Part shown: in pieces, positions 19,256 through 29,805 of the stretch
Layout of the letters: the number at the start of each line of letters is the position of its first letter
Position numbering within the stretch: position 1 is the first letter of the stretch
Assembly: GCA_021432655.1 (NCBI GenBank)
Contig: MU271194.1
Span: 143,522-187,997 of the forward strand
Length of the DNA stretch: 44,476 nt
Source of the DNA: Atractiella rhizophila
Taxonomy: Eukaryota
Direction: 5' to 3'
Position numbers and translations under genes: made by a program
The notes under the pieces: model-generated
The model's input: only the letters and a program-made list of their open reading frames with translations
Databases searched by the model: none
What the model was told of the DNA's origin: nothing

Positions 19256-20107
19256 ATGGATTCCATCAGTTCCTCCTCTTCGGCTGCCTCATCCAGCGAT
19301 ACGAGTCCCATATCCAGCTTGTCTCCCTCGCGAGCCTCCTCCCGTACCTCTCTGTCCTCCCCAACCTCCCTTGAATCGTCCGCAAATCTCCCTTCGTCTT
19401 CCCTATCACTTTCCTATGCATCCTCGATTCTCGCCAGGGAGATTGGAGCATTACAAAAGCTGCATAACTCGTTGTCAGACGAAGAGTCAGAGCAAGGAAA
19501 AGCTTTTGTTGATGTTGTTCGGCGGATATCGTCAGTGGGAAGGGGAGGAATGGGTGCGAAAGTGGTGTGCACTGGAGTTGGGAAGAGTTTGATTGTTGCA
19601 CGGAAGGCGGCAGGAATACTATGCAGCTTTGGTGTGTCTCTGGTTCTTTCGTTTACCGGTACTGTAAGCGATCATAAATCAAAGGTTAATACATTCGTAT
19701 TTGTTCAAGGCGTACCCTCAGTCACGCTCCATCCGACAGAAGCAATGCACGGCGACCTCGGTCTCCTAAGCTCACACGACGTGCTCCTCCTCTTCTCACA
19801 CTCCGGAACGACACGAGAACTCCTCTTCTTCCTCCCCTACATTCCGCCATCCATACAAAAAGTGCTCATCACGTCCTCTCCACGCTCCATCCTCGCTCAA
19901 AACAGTGACGTCGTACTCACCATCCCTCCTGAAGAGGCGGATGAAGAGGTTCCCGCTCCGACGGCTAGTATGCTTTGTATGGGAGCTCTCGTGGATGCGA
20001 TCGCTTTGACTGTTTTGAGGGAGAGAGAGGGAGCGGATGGGGCGGGACGCAGGAAGTTTGGAGAGCTCCATCCTGGTGGAAGGCTCGGGGAGGTCTGTAG
20101 AGATTGA
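19256..20107 (+). CDS. SIS-domain sugar-phosphate isomerase, KpsF/GutQ (arabinose-5-phosphate isomerase)-like, no CBS domains; probable in-frame intron 19632-19709
   Basis: Motifs VVCTGVGKS, LHPTEAMHGDLG, FSHSGTTRELL, APTAS, DAIAL and FGELHPGGRLG are all characteristic of KpsF/GutQ. Removing the 78-nt GT...AG segment restores CSFG-VPS. Confidence 0.9.
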   Translation: MDSISSSSSAASSSDTSPISSLSPSRASSRTSLSSPTSLESSANLPSSSLSLSYASSILAREIGALQKLHNSLSDEESEQGKAFVDVVRRISSVGRGGMGAKVVCTGVGKSLIVARKAAGILCSFGVSLVLSFTGTVSDHKSKVNTFVFVQGVPSVTLHPTEAMHGDLGLLSSHDVLLLFSHSGTTRELLFFLPYIPPSIQKVLITSSPRSILAQNSDVVLTIPPEEADEEVPAPTASMLCMGALVDAIALTVLREREGADGAGRRKFGELHPGGRLGEVCRD

Positions 20108-20322
20108 ATCGTCTCCGTTGGTTTCTTTGTTTCAACTCGGATTGTACTACTTCCATTTTGGGAGAAGATATTGTAGACAGCATCGTTGTCTTGATACACT
20201 GTGATTTCTGGAAGCGGGATGAATATTCTAGTGAAGCCACTACACGTTTTTGCAGATCCTTGCAAACAAAGAATACATGTGATATCATTCACAGACACGA
20301 AACTAGCTTTGTTACTGAATAA

Positions 20323-21097
20323 TGCGGGAATACGCACAAGGATTGGTTCAAGTTGTTCTTGATCGTGGCGTCCGGACAGAGCTCCTTGAGCTTCGCCAGG
20401 AAGCAGACCAGGACAGACATATCATCACGCTTTCAAGTTGTTGCTCGCTCTCTCATTCGAGCTACAAAAGTGTTCAAGTCCTCGTCTAAACTGAAAAATG
20501 GACGCAACTGTTTCTTCGCGATCAAAGTCCATCTATCCAGAATGGGTATTTGACCACTCGATCCGTTTTTACAACAACCTTGGTCGTGAGCGCTGCACAG
20601 CTCAATCCGTCTGGAGCCCTCTTTCAGAGTTTGATCTACCGGCGATACAGTCCCGAGTAACGCTTGAGTTCTCCAACTCCTTCTATGAAGGATTACCTGG
20701 ACGTTTCGTCAAAATCCACATGTGCTTCTATGAGGGTCAATGTTTTGCACTCGAAAAGGCTATTGAAGATTCTAAATCTCAGTTAAACGACTATCAGATT
20801 GTGCTCGTGTTACCTGGGAGCGACCCAACTGTTGTCGACTTTGGACCGCAGACGGTATCCCCCCAGGCTAGAGACTGTCAGGTCCATGTCTACCTTACTC
20901 CTTCCGATCGCGATGCAGCTATTGTCTTCGGGTTTTGCGAGAGTTTTCACCTTCAATACCAGGCAAATCTGCCCTCAGGAGTGCCTGCCAGCCGGCACTT
21001 TCTCATTGATTCAATGGCGCGCGATCGAGTTGTGTCCATGAAACTCTTGTCACAACCCGGTGTGGATTGGATGCCATCTTCTGCTCGAGGTTGGTAA
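20323..21097 (+). CDS. Uncharacterised gene or fragment; 5' end unclear; possibly a degenerate F-box-associated gene
   Basis: The frame ...DISSRFQVVARSLIRATKVFKSSSKLKNGRNCFFAIKVHLSRM joins via a GTATTT...CACAG intron to AQSVWSPLSEFDLP...VDWMPSSARGW*. Confidence 0.5.
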
Positions 21098-22663
21098 CTA
21101 TCTGATCTCCAGAATAACTCTGACTAACAAACTGCTACCCTTATGTCACTGTCCATTCAAGGTATGCCCACTAGTTCTACATGGAACATTGTCTGACAAC
21201 TGTCTTCTGCAGGTCATCTTACACTCAGATTCGCCACCATGGTCCCTTCACCTATTTCATATCTCTCTTCAGATTTATTAGCATCAATCTTCATCCACCT
21301 GGCTGTCGATGGCCATCACAACACTCTCGTTCTGCGCGGTGTGTGTAAACTCTGGGATGAACGCATCAGGCGGATTATTGGACCGATCACAAGAGTGCCA
21401 GTGTCCATCTTAGACAATATTCTAGACCTCGCAACGTCCCTGGAGAGGGAGGAAGGGCAACTTTGGGATCCTATCGATGGTCGCAGGAATGTTAAATGGC
21501 TAGGATGGATCATTTTGGTAGTAGATCTGTGTGTAGGCGCTGGAAAGACCGTCTGACATCTCTCATTCGAGCTACAAAAGTGTTCAAGTCCTCGTCTAAA
21601 CTGAAAAATGGACGCAACTGTTTCTTCGCGATCAAAGTCCATCTATCCAGAATGGGTATTTGACCACTCGATCCGTTTTTACAACAACCTTGGTCGTGAG
21701 CGCTGCACAGCTCAATCCGTCTGGAGCCCTCTTTCAGAGTTTGATCTACCGGCGATACAGTCCCGAGTAACGCTTGAGTTCTCCAACTCCTTCTATGAAG
21801 GATTACCTGGATGTTTCGTCAAAATCCACATGTGCTTCTATGAGGGTCAATGTTTTGCACTCGAAAAGGCTATTGAAGATTCTAAATCTCAGTTAAACGA
21901 CTATCAGATTGTGCTCGTGTTACCTGGGAGCGACCCAACTGTGGTCGACTTTGGACCGCAGACCCCCCAGGCTAGAGACTGTCAGGTCCATGTCTACCTT
22001 ACTCCTTCCGATCGCGATGCAGCTATTGTCTTCGGGTTTTGCGAGAGTTTTCACCTTCAATACCAGGCAAATCTGCCCTCAGGAGTGCCTGCCAGCCGGC
22101 ACTTTCTCATTGATTCAATGGCGCGCGATCGAGTTGTGTCCATGAAACTCTTGTCACAACCCGGTGTGGATTGGATGCCATCTTCTGCTCGAGGTTGGTA
22201 ACTATCTGATCTCCAGAATAACTCTGACTAACAAACTGCTACCCTTATGTCACTGTCCATTCAAGGTATGCCCACTAGTTCTACATGGAACATTGTCTGA
22301 CAACTGTCTTCTGCAGGTCATCTTACACTCAGATTCGCCACCATGGTCCCTTCACCTATTTCATATCTCTCTTCAGATTTATTAGCATCAATCTTCATCC
22401 ACCTGGCTGTCGATGGCCATCACAACACTCTCGTTCTGCGCGGTGTGTGTAAACTCTGGGATGAAAGCATCAGGCGAATTATTGGACCGATCACAAGAGT
22501 GCCAGTGTCCATCTTAGACAATATTCTAGACCTCGCAACGTCCCTGGAGAGGGAGGAAGGGCAACTTTGGGATCCTATCGATTTGTCGCAGGAATGTTAA
22601 ATGGCTAGGATGGATCATTTTGGTAGTAGATCTGTGTGTAGGCGCTGGAAAGACCGTCTGACA
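20449..22663 (+). repeat. Near-identical direct tandem duplication (units 20449-21558 and 21559-22663)
   Basis: The units match apart from a few substitutions, a 6-bp deletion in unit 2 (GGTATC, ~21963) and a 1-bp indel (ATCGATGGTCGC vs ATCGATTTGTCGC). Confidence 0.97.
21143..22201 (+). pseudogene. Chimeric double-F-box gene formed at the duplication junction; 1-bp frame disruption at ~21479
   Basis: F-box-like PISYLSSDLLASIF...LRGVCKLW and PITRVPVSILDNIL...SVCRRW run in frame across the junction (KDRLT|SLIRATK) into the C-terminal domain of the upstream gene. Confidence 0.6.
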
Positions 22664-23404
22664 ACCATTCTTCTGGCTACGAGAAGCCGACAAGAAACGA
22701 ATACGTTTCGGCCGCTCGTCCTGTTCTCACCGACATCCCACCACGAATATCGCTCCGCACCCAGTACGATATAAATCTGTAGAAAGTACAAGAGTGTAGA
22801 TCGTACAGTGCGGAGTTTGCACCGGAGAGAAAGCCGTGCCAAAACCCTTTTGGCATATTTGCGCAGTTCCTACAGATCTGGCTTCACCTTCATTCTCGCC
22901 AACTCCGTCATGATCTGTAAGATGACTGCCGTCAAAGAACCACATAATGGCACGCTTCTCCTCGTCATAGCTGCTCTCCCCCAGTCTTTTAAATTTCGCC
23001 TTCGTGATGTCCCCTCAATCTCTCCCTCCAGCCTCTCAGAACACACACTTTCTTATCCAACAAGTGGATTCTTTATGAGCAGGGCTGATGTCTGTACAGT
23101 ATGGAACCATGGGCTCTTGAAGGTTTGTCACTTGCCCTCCTGTTGCAGTTATTTCTAATCTCATCCTCATCTTTAGATTCTCCGTGCCTTGCCTGACATC
23201 AAGAAGAGGGAGGATATCCTCCAGCTGTGGCTTGTTTCGCAGCTTCCTCCCTCCCGTTGGCTGCTTCCTCCTCCTCCTCCGTCTTACCATCCTCTACTAG
23301 TACTCCATTTTCTGCTCACCATGTGTCCCTCCTCCCTCCACGCCAACGTCTTCCTCCATCACCAGGTTCAGCTCCCCTCCTACAGTTCCTCCTACCTTCG
23401 GTAA
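22247..23404 (+). CDS. F-box protein with two tandem F-box-like motifs; multi-exon; 3' end uncertain
   Basis: MSLSIQ|GHLTLRFATMVPSPISYLSSDLLASIF...LRGVCKLWDES...PITRVPVSILDNILDLA...SVCRRWKDRLTTILLAT..., with further exons at 22809-23122 and from ~23177. Confidence 0.6.
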
Positions 23405-23519
23405 CCTGGAGTCTTCCCCCACCCCTCCGATGTCTCCTCTCACTCATGCGGCGTCTATTCTGTTCTTTCGGAGGACAAGAAACCGGTCATCTGCCAGTCG
23501 CCACCTGCAGCGAAAACAC

Positions 23520-23870
23520 CATGAGCTGGAGAAGCAGCTGTCATTGACCTGGATGCGGAGGACACTATGGACATGTTCATTACACACCTAACCACCTTGA
23601 ACTGCTTTTCTCTGCTGTGAGGGGAGACCTGTGATAAAATTCTATGACAAGACTAAGGTGTGTACTCTTTTATACAAGGTAAAGAATTGGGTTGAGTGTT
23701 TATGATAGGGTCACCCTAAGAACCTGTGGCCAGAGCACTGGAATGATTGCTTTATGGGTTGTTTGAAATGGAAGAAGTGGGATCCTGACTATGCCCATCT
23801 ATTTACGAATATACCCTTAGATGTCGACATGAAACGTCTATGCAAAGCAATCACTCCTTACAGAGGTATG
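23520..23870 (+). mobile_element. Decayed fragment, probably of the same fungal Mutator-like transposase family (Cys-containing N-terminal/middle part)
   Basis: CEGRPVIKFYDKTK|GHPKNLWPEHWNDCFMGCLKWKKWDPDYAHLFTNIPLDVDMKRLCKAI resembles the CxGxP...FIGCxxW...HxFxxIPxxVD segment I recall from basidiomycete MULE-like ORFs. Frameshifts lie upstream. Confidence 0.45.
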
Positions 23871-24889
23871 TCTCTTCTTTACTCTTTGGATAGATGATGA
23901 TGTTTGCATAAAGGTACCTCTGCTTACTCCCCTTTTGCTCACAAACAATCCACAGCATCCATCTCCACTCCCAAACCATCCACTTCAGTCGCCTCTGCTC
24001 GATATTCACCTTACCTGTTATCTTGGCCTGCAGATACTGTCTCGGACAGGGCTAAAAAAGGAAAGAAGAGGAGTGAGAATCTGTACGAGCGAAGGGATCA
24101 GCTAAATGATAAGCTGGATGAAATTCTTTAAAAAAAAAACACAGTATGAATAATGTGTAGTTAGAATAATATTAATTGTAAACACCAACACCTGTGTCTA
24201 CAGTTTGCGTAAATAGATATGTCAAGCCTAAGAGAGGATAACCTTCAAAGTTATACAGTGCCCATTTGTTGACATGATCTCCGAACTGAACTACATGGTT
24301 AAATTGACCAACCAAATCCTCCACTCTTCTATGCTTAGAAGGGTTAGAACATGATGCTAGATCCACATAAGGAATACTTTGCGACTGAACTCTTGGTGGC
24401 TCTAGAAAATGAGGCAGCCTGGCATGCTGAATGGATTGCAGTTGGTACGTCTAAACTCTTTTCTTATTCTCTGCCAGTAGCTTATTGCTATTCCTCCCTC
24501 CCATTTTAAGGCACTGATGTGTCTCATTCCAGTACTCTTCCCAGTAGCTCCACAGTAATTGGTACAAGCAACTTAGATGATAGACTTGGAGAAAATGAGG
24601 TCCACAAAGAAGAAGTGTATGGAGCTAGGCAACTCAAAGGGAGTGAGCATATTCTTATCTATTCTGGTGTCAGTATATGGATGGGAAGGGAAAGCACACA
24701 TCAATATTCCCCGAATGTCCACCCCACCTCCCATTCCTTCTTTAAATCAGTTAGGGCAAAAACAAGGACCAGCCATAAACAGTCCAGAGCAGAAATCTAA
24801 TCCTCGAGATCGTCAGCACACCCGTCATGCAGTCGATCTCTCTCACGACATATTTGACCTTTCGCCTCAGATAACGACACATCTCTAGA

Positions 24890-27200
24890 TCACTGATAGC
24901 CCATCTCTTCCTCTCCCTCCTTCAATACTGTCAGAGCGACCACATGTTCCAATTTTCGTAACCCATTGCATTCCTGACCCGCACACACCTTCGCCAGTTG
25001 GAGTCGATGTCTCACAACCCCTGCCGCCCTTCAAAACCAACAATCCAATCCTCCAAGAATTCCTGGAAAAAAAACAACCCCTGGATTTAATCTTCAGCAA
25101 ATTCAAAGTTTCAGAGCGACAGATAAAGTGCCAAACCAAGTTTGGGGCTCTCCGTTTCCTTCTTCAAAAAGGAGTCCAGTTCTTTCCAGGCTCCGCCTCA
25201 TTGTTGAACTAAAAGGTCGCCCTCTTCAGTACTTCCCGACAACAACTGAAGGGCGGATCGACTTTCTCTTTCGAATGGAAGGGCAAAGTTCTGATTGGTC
25301 ACCACAACAAGACGTATGCTGTTAGTTACATGCTTTGTACAGTCTAATCGGACTTCCTTTTGCTAGCTTCAGGGATCTTGGTGAAAAAACTCATCAGGTT
25401 CAACTAGAATGTCTAATCTACCTAACTGGGGCTTCCTGGATTCACATTATGGCTGGGCAGTTTTTAAGACAAAATGTGGCAGCTGGAAAGTTTGCACTCA
25501 CAGGAATCCTCACGAGTTTGATCATATGTGACGATATACCTGCCTCTTGTCAGATTATTCTTCCTGATGGAGAGAGTAGGAAGTTCAGCAGAAGCTGCTG
25601 CCGTGTAGCCAAGATTACTGTTAGGGCTGACACTATGTGCGGTCGCCGACGATGCGTCTGTAGTGGAGATAAACCTAAGTGCATGATATGACATGAAGAC
25701 TAACCTGTAGTGGAGATAAACCTAAGAGAATACTCTAAGGTCACCTCCACTACTCTCTAATCTATATACTCTCAGGTTTAGATGGTACAGGCTTGATCTT
25801 TCTTTTTATTCACATCCTGATCCTAAGTTAACACAACAGAAGTAAGTATGATGCGCATAGAAGAACAGAAAGCCCAAGATCCTAAAAACCAATACATTCA
25901 ACTGGCCGAGCGTTATGGACCAAAAGGAGAAAATGAACTCATTATCTGCTTTCTTAAGCACCAGGCTGACTGTCTCTTACAAGCAAATCGGCTCGCCATC
26001 GACAATACTTATTCTGGGGCTGCCAGTTATATTGAGTGGGAGGCAGCAGTCATGTATCGAGGAAACCATAGGTTATTTCTTGTCTTCCATAAGTATCTGA
26101 GGTAAAAATTATACGGGCATTTATGTTGGGACAGCTTTTCAGCGTGGCGCACAAGATGAGGATGCAATGTTCCGTCTTCTATCATCCTTCTTTAATCTAG
26201 TAAAGGAGGTCACTGGAACTGCGGTCATCTTCAGCTGGATGACAGGACATCAAACAGAAGGAATCAACCTTGTACTAGAGGATTTCAACTCGCCAGGAGG
26301 AGGTGCTCTAGACCATTATTGGCGCACTCTTCTTCTAGACTACGTCGATCCTCCATTTCAGCTTGCCGAAGACAATACATGACCACTTGGACATTTTCAG
26401 ACACTGAAGTACGGTCATGCATTGTGTCACCATCATGGAACAGTGGGAGTTCAGCATTCCATGTATTATTTCCAAAATAATTACCCTCAACGGATAGGAA
26501 TCTTCATCCTTAGGCCAATTCCCTCCAAACCAATCCTGAAGCAATTAAATTTTGAAATAAATGTCTTTCCGATCTTTCAAGATCGCAGCTCACTTCAAGA
26601 ACTCTTTTGCATGAACCATGGATGGAGGGAATCATTGTGCAACCTCAAGCACTTTATACCTATATTACCAAATTTCGGGAAATTACAGATAGGTCGCAAT
26701 GGCAAATGTGGCTGTATATTGCTGAATGCATGCCAGACAATGACTTTCAATGCTAGTTCTCGATTTTTGGTTACAGCCAAAGTCTAATCATTTTCTTTTA
26801 GATTGGTTTCGAAACAAACAAAGCAATCCTTGGTTCTGGGAATCGAGTGTTGCCTGTTTAACACATATTCCTGCCGGGAATGGAAACATGAAAACGGAAC
26901 AACAAACATTGTTGAAACTCTCCATGATCGCAACTACATGGAATTTGGAAAGAACTTGGCATTAATCGCCGCAGTTCAACAGTTTGTTTATTTGCTTATC
27001 TTGTGCAAATCTAATTAATATGTGGTTTACACTTAGACACAAAAGTATCAACAGGATATTCAAGGAACTGACAGCATTTCGGAAAACAAAGTTGTAACAC
27101 GACAAGGACCTAGTGCAGGCAGCCAGACTGCTGCTTTTCGAAACAAGGCAACACGCCATCAAAACCTTGCAGCTCGCTCAGCAAGCAGTAAGAAGGCGCT
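24890..27200 (+). mobile_element. Mutator-like (MULE, DDE) transposase pseudogene with introns, interrupted by an LTR fragment
   Basis: Ordered MULE motifs: LIICF...IDNTY (D, 26001)...IEWE...INLVLEDF (D, 26281)...LCHHH (CxxH, 26425)...DWFRNK..PWF...TTNIVETLH (E, 26914). In-frame TGA at 26380 and several frameshifts. No TIRs found. Confidence 0.7.
25619..25769. mobile_element. Truncated LTR fragment (matches the left ~150 bp of the solo LTR at 30285)
   Basis: TGTTAGGGCTGACACTATGTGCGGTCGCCGA...CTGTAGTGGAGATAAACCTAAG (x2)...CTCCACTACTCTCTAATCTATATA is nearly identical to 30285-30438. Confidence 0.85.
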
Positions 27201-27638
27201 AGATGAAAAGTCGAAGATAGAAGTTGATGTTTTAACCATCATCAAATTCCTTAAACTTCACAGGAAGAATACCGAAAGCACAGTCGAGCTATTGTCAAGA
27301 GGAAATATACAAGAAGGCTCCAAAGAAATGTTGAAGACATGAAAACCAAACTCACCTGGCTAAAGCAGTGCCTGACAAAGTGGAATACCTTCGAAAAGAG
27401 ACTGAAAAATATGTGCCATACAACAACTACAACATACTCTGAACAGAGTATGACTTTATTGTTATATGCATTGCTTCTTTACTTGACGGATGAGAGGCTC
27501 TGGATCATAGAAACTCAGTTGAGATAAATTGTAACCAAATATGCTAACCTTCATCACTACTTTCTTCAGAATTCTGCACGCCATGATGCTACCTGTAATG
27601 TTGATTATAACTGGTATAACTGCCGGTTATTCGTTAGC

Positions 27639-28800
27639 TTAATATAATGATAAGTGTATAGTGCTGAGAAAGAACACACCGATCCAAATACAAGACTGAG
27701 TTTCTTCATGAGAAAACCACACTAACCCATAATGCTCCCCTTCAAACCGGCCAATCCAGTGAACGACAACCGCTCCCTTAAGAATAACAATATCACCCAG
27801 CTTGTACTCCACCACATAAGTGTCTCCTTTCCCAAAATCAAGGTACAATTCCCCTCCCCGAAAACTGCCAATAGGGGTCATAAGGTCCAGTCCATGGGCT
27901 CTGTTCCTAGTATCACAATGTGGCTGCATTGAACCATTGGCAATGATGGCCAGGAAAAGCTGGCAGGACCTTCGTATCGGGAAAAAGCTGTTACTCATTG
28001 GGTAAAGACTTCTCGCAAGATGGACAAGCTGAAGTTGATGGCAGAAGGTCGCAGGTGTATGGACTTGAAAGAGAGTGGTGATGATTTGAGAGAGAGGTGA
28101 AAGGTTTTGAAGGAGGTCATGAACGTGATTCATTCTAAATTAAATATGTTAACTTCAACTTCTGTTAAGCTGAGCTGAAAGGACATACATGATTGCACTA
28201 CTTCTTGAATCAGCAGTAGCACGTGCCTCTTCATGACCGTGAGCAGAAGCATTCCAGATGCCCAGGAAGTAGGAGCCGCAGTGGAGGTTCCTTTGCTTTG
28301 CTTTACTAACATCGTCAGCCATCCAACGAGTATCTCCCTTTTCCGGTGGAGGCTTATGAGGCTTCTGAAGATGAACATACATCTTCACTGCATGCTTCAA
28401 ACTGCTTGAAGCTGCTCTGGCTGGCTTGCGGCCATGAACAATTTCCATTTTATTCTTTAAAACAGTGGCCAGATGGTTTCCATCAGCAGAATAAAACTGA
28501 CACATTCCCTTATTGCTATCAGCTCCCACTCGCTTAGCTCCACTCTCTACACTTCCTTGATCCCTTCTTACTTCATTCACTCTCCTCTCTGCAAGGTTTT
28601 ATAGCTCTTCGAAGGTAGAAGAAACAGTGATCTGGCGACCATGTTTGCGCTCATAAGACAAAATGTCTCGCTCATATGTTGAGCTCTCATCAAACTCCCA
28701 CATCCCTCAAGGATACAACCCCACCAGCCGACATGCTCTTTCCACCCATTCATCTTTCCCTTTTCCATTCTCACTCCAATCCACTACTGAAACAGTGGGC
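27639..28800 (-). pseudogene. TET/JBP-like 2-oxoglutarate/Fe(II) dioxygenase, probably inactivated; 5' end uncertain
   Basis: GSYFLGIWNASAHGHEEARATADSR, then a 54-nt intron (28135-28188), then LAIIANGSMQPHCD (HxD)...GLDLMTPIGSFRGGELYL...YKLGDIVILKGAVVVHWIGRFEGEHYGLVWFSH (distal His; His at the expected 2OG-binding Arg). In-frame TAA at 28599-28601. Confidence 0.8.
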
Positions 28801-29805
28801 TGCTCAGGCCCATCGTGCTAGAAGAATGCACAACGAAACAAATATCGGAAAATGATCCACATAAATGTCAATTCTATTTAAAGCATGCAGAAAGTGTCCT
28901 TGGGCTTCAATGCAACTGCATCTTGGAGGGTAATAGTTCCTCCTTGCTCTAAGCTGAGCCTCGAAAGAGTTCGCTTTCGAGTAAGGAGTTGCTTCTCCAA
29001 GCATGACACAACCTCAAGTTCATGTGTCTACAGCGAGCCTTACCAAAGAGGTAAGTCCCTTTTCGACAATGAAGAGAGGAAGAACTACATGAAGGGAAGG
29101 ACACAATACAGCATGGACCTCAAGAAATAATAAAATGAATGTGAACACAAGTGCAACGGGCAGCCTCCCATGAGCAAAGAAGACTACGCACCATGTTATC
29201 TTCCTTCTCAACCAGCAAGGAGCTGCTCCTTTGCTCTCCTCCCCTGAAACTCAATAAGCACGTCGTATGGAGATTGGTAGATGTCGGGAGGTGCTGGCTT
29301 GAGGACTGAAAGAAGATTGGAAGGTGGGTTGGAGGCAAGGAGGGTGGTACAGGATTGTGGAAAGGAATGCGACGATCCAGAGAGCATGTGGTGTGGAGGG
29401 GCCGAACGAGTGTCGTAACGTCGAAAAAGAGAAAGGAGACAGCGAAAGAGAGAGCAGGAATGTGAGGAGGCTACAGGAGGACGTGTTATATTTGGGTTGT
29501 TGGAGTAATGCCAATATTTGTCCTCTTGTTATTTAGAACGTGAACGGGTGATGTCTTGCGGAATCTAGCCATGCCGCTTTTGCACGCAATGTGACCCAGC
29601 TTTTCCGATGTACGTTACCTACTTTTTCTGTGTCTACAATCTTGTATTTTCTACAGATCTGGTACCTACCCCTCCGCACCTCCTTCCCCAGTTCTGAGCT
29701 TACAAGCTACTTTCACCAAGAAATTTCTCGAGAACATGTACACTTGATCTGCCCATTTCTTCTTCTGTAAATACAGTCAAGTCACCGAATCAGAGTGGGA
29801 GGACA

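Noticed and set aside
18161..20107. Kinase + sugar isomerase metabolic mini-cluster
   Set aside because: The APH-like gene is a truncated pseudogene from a large dispersed fungal family, and nothing beyond adjacency links the two.
20498..20600. ORF-track start MDATVSSRSK... as the true N-terminus (also at 21608)
   Set aside because: A GTATTT...CACAG intron links the downstream part to a different upstream frame, so this ATG is probably spurious.
23200..29560. Terminal inverted repeats bounding the MULE/TET element
   Set aside because: No convincing TIR pair or TSD was found by eye; element boundaries remain undefined.
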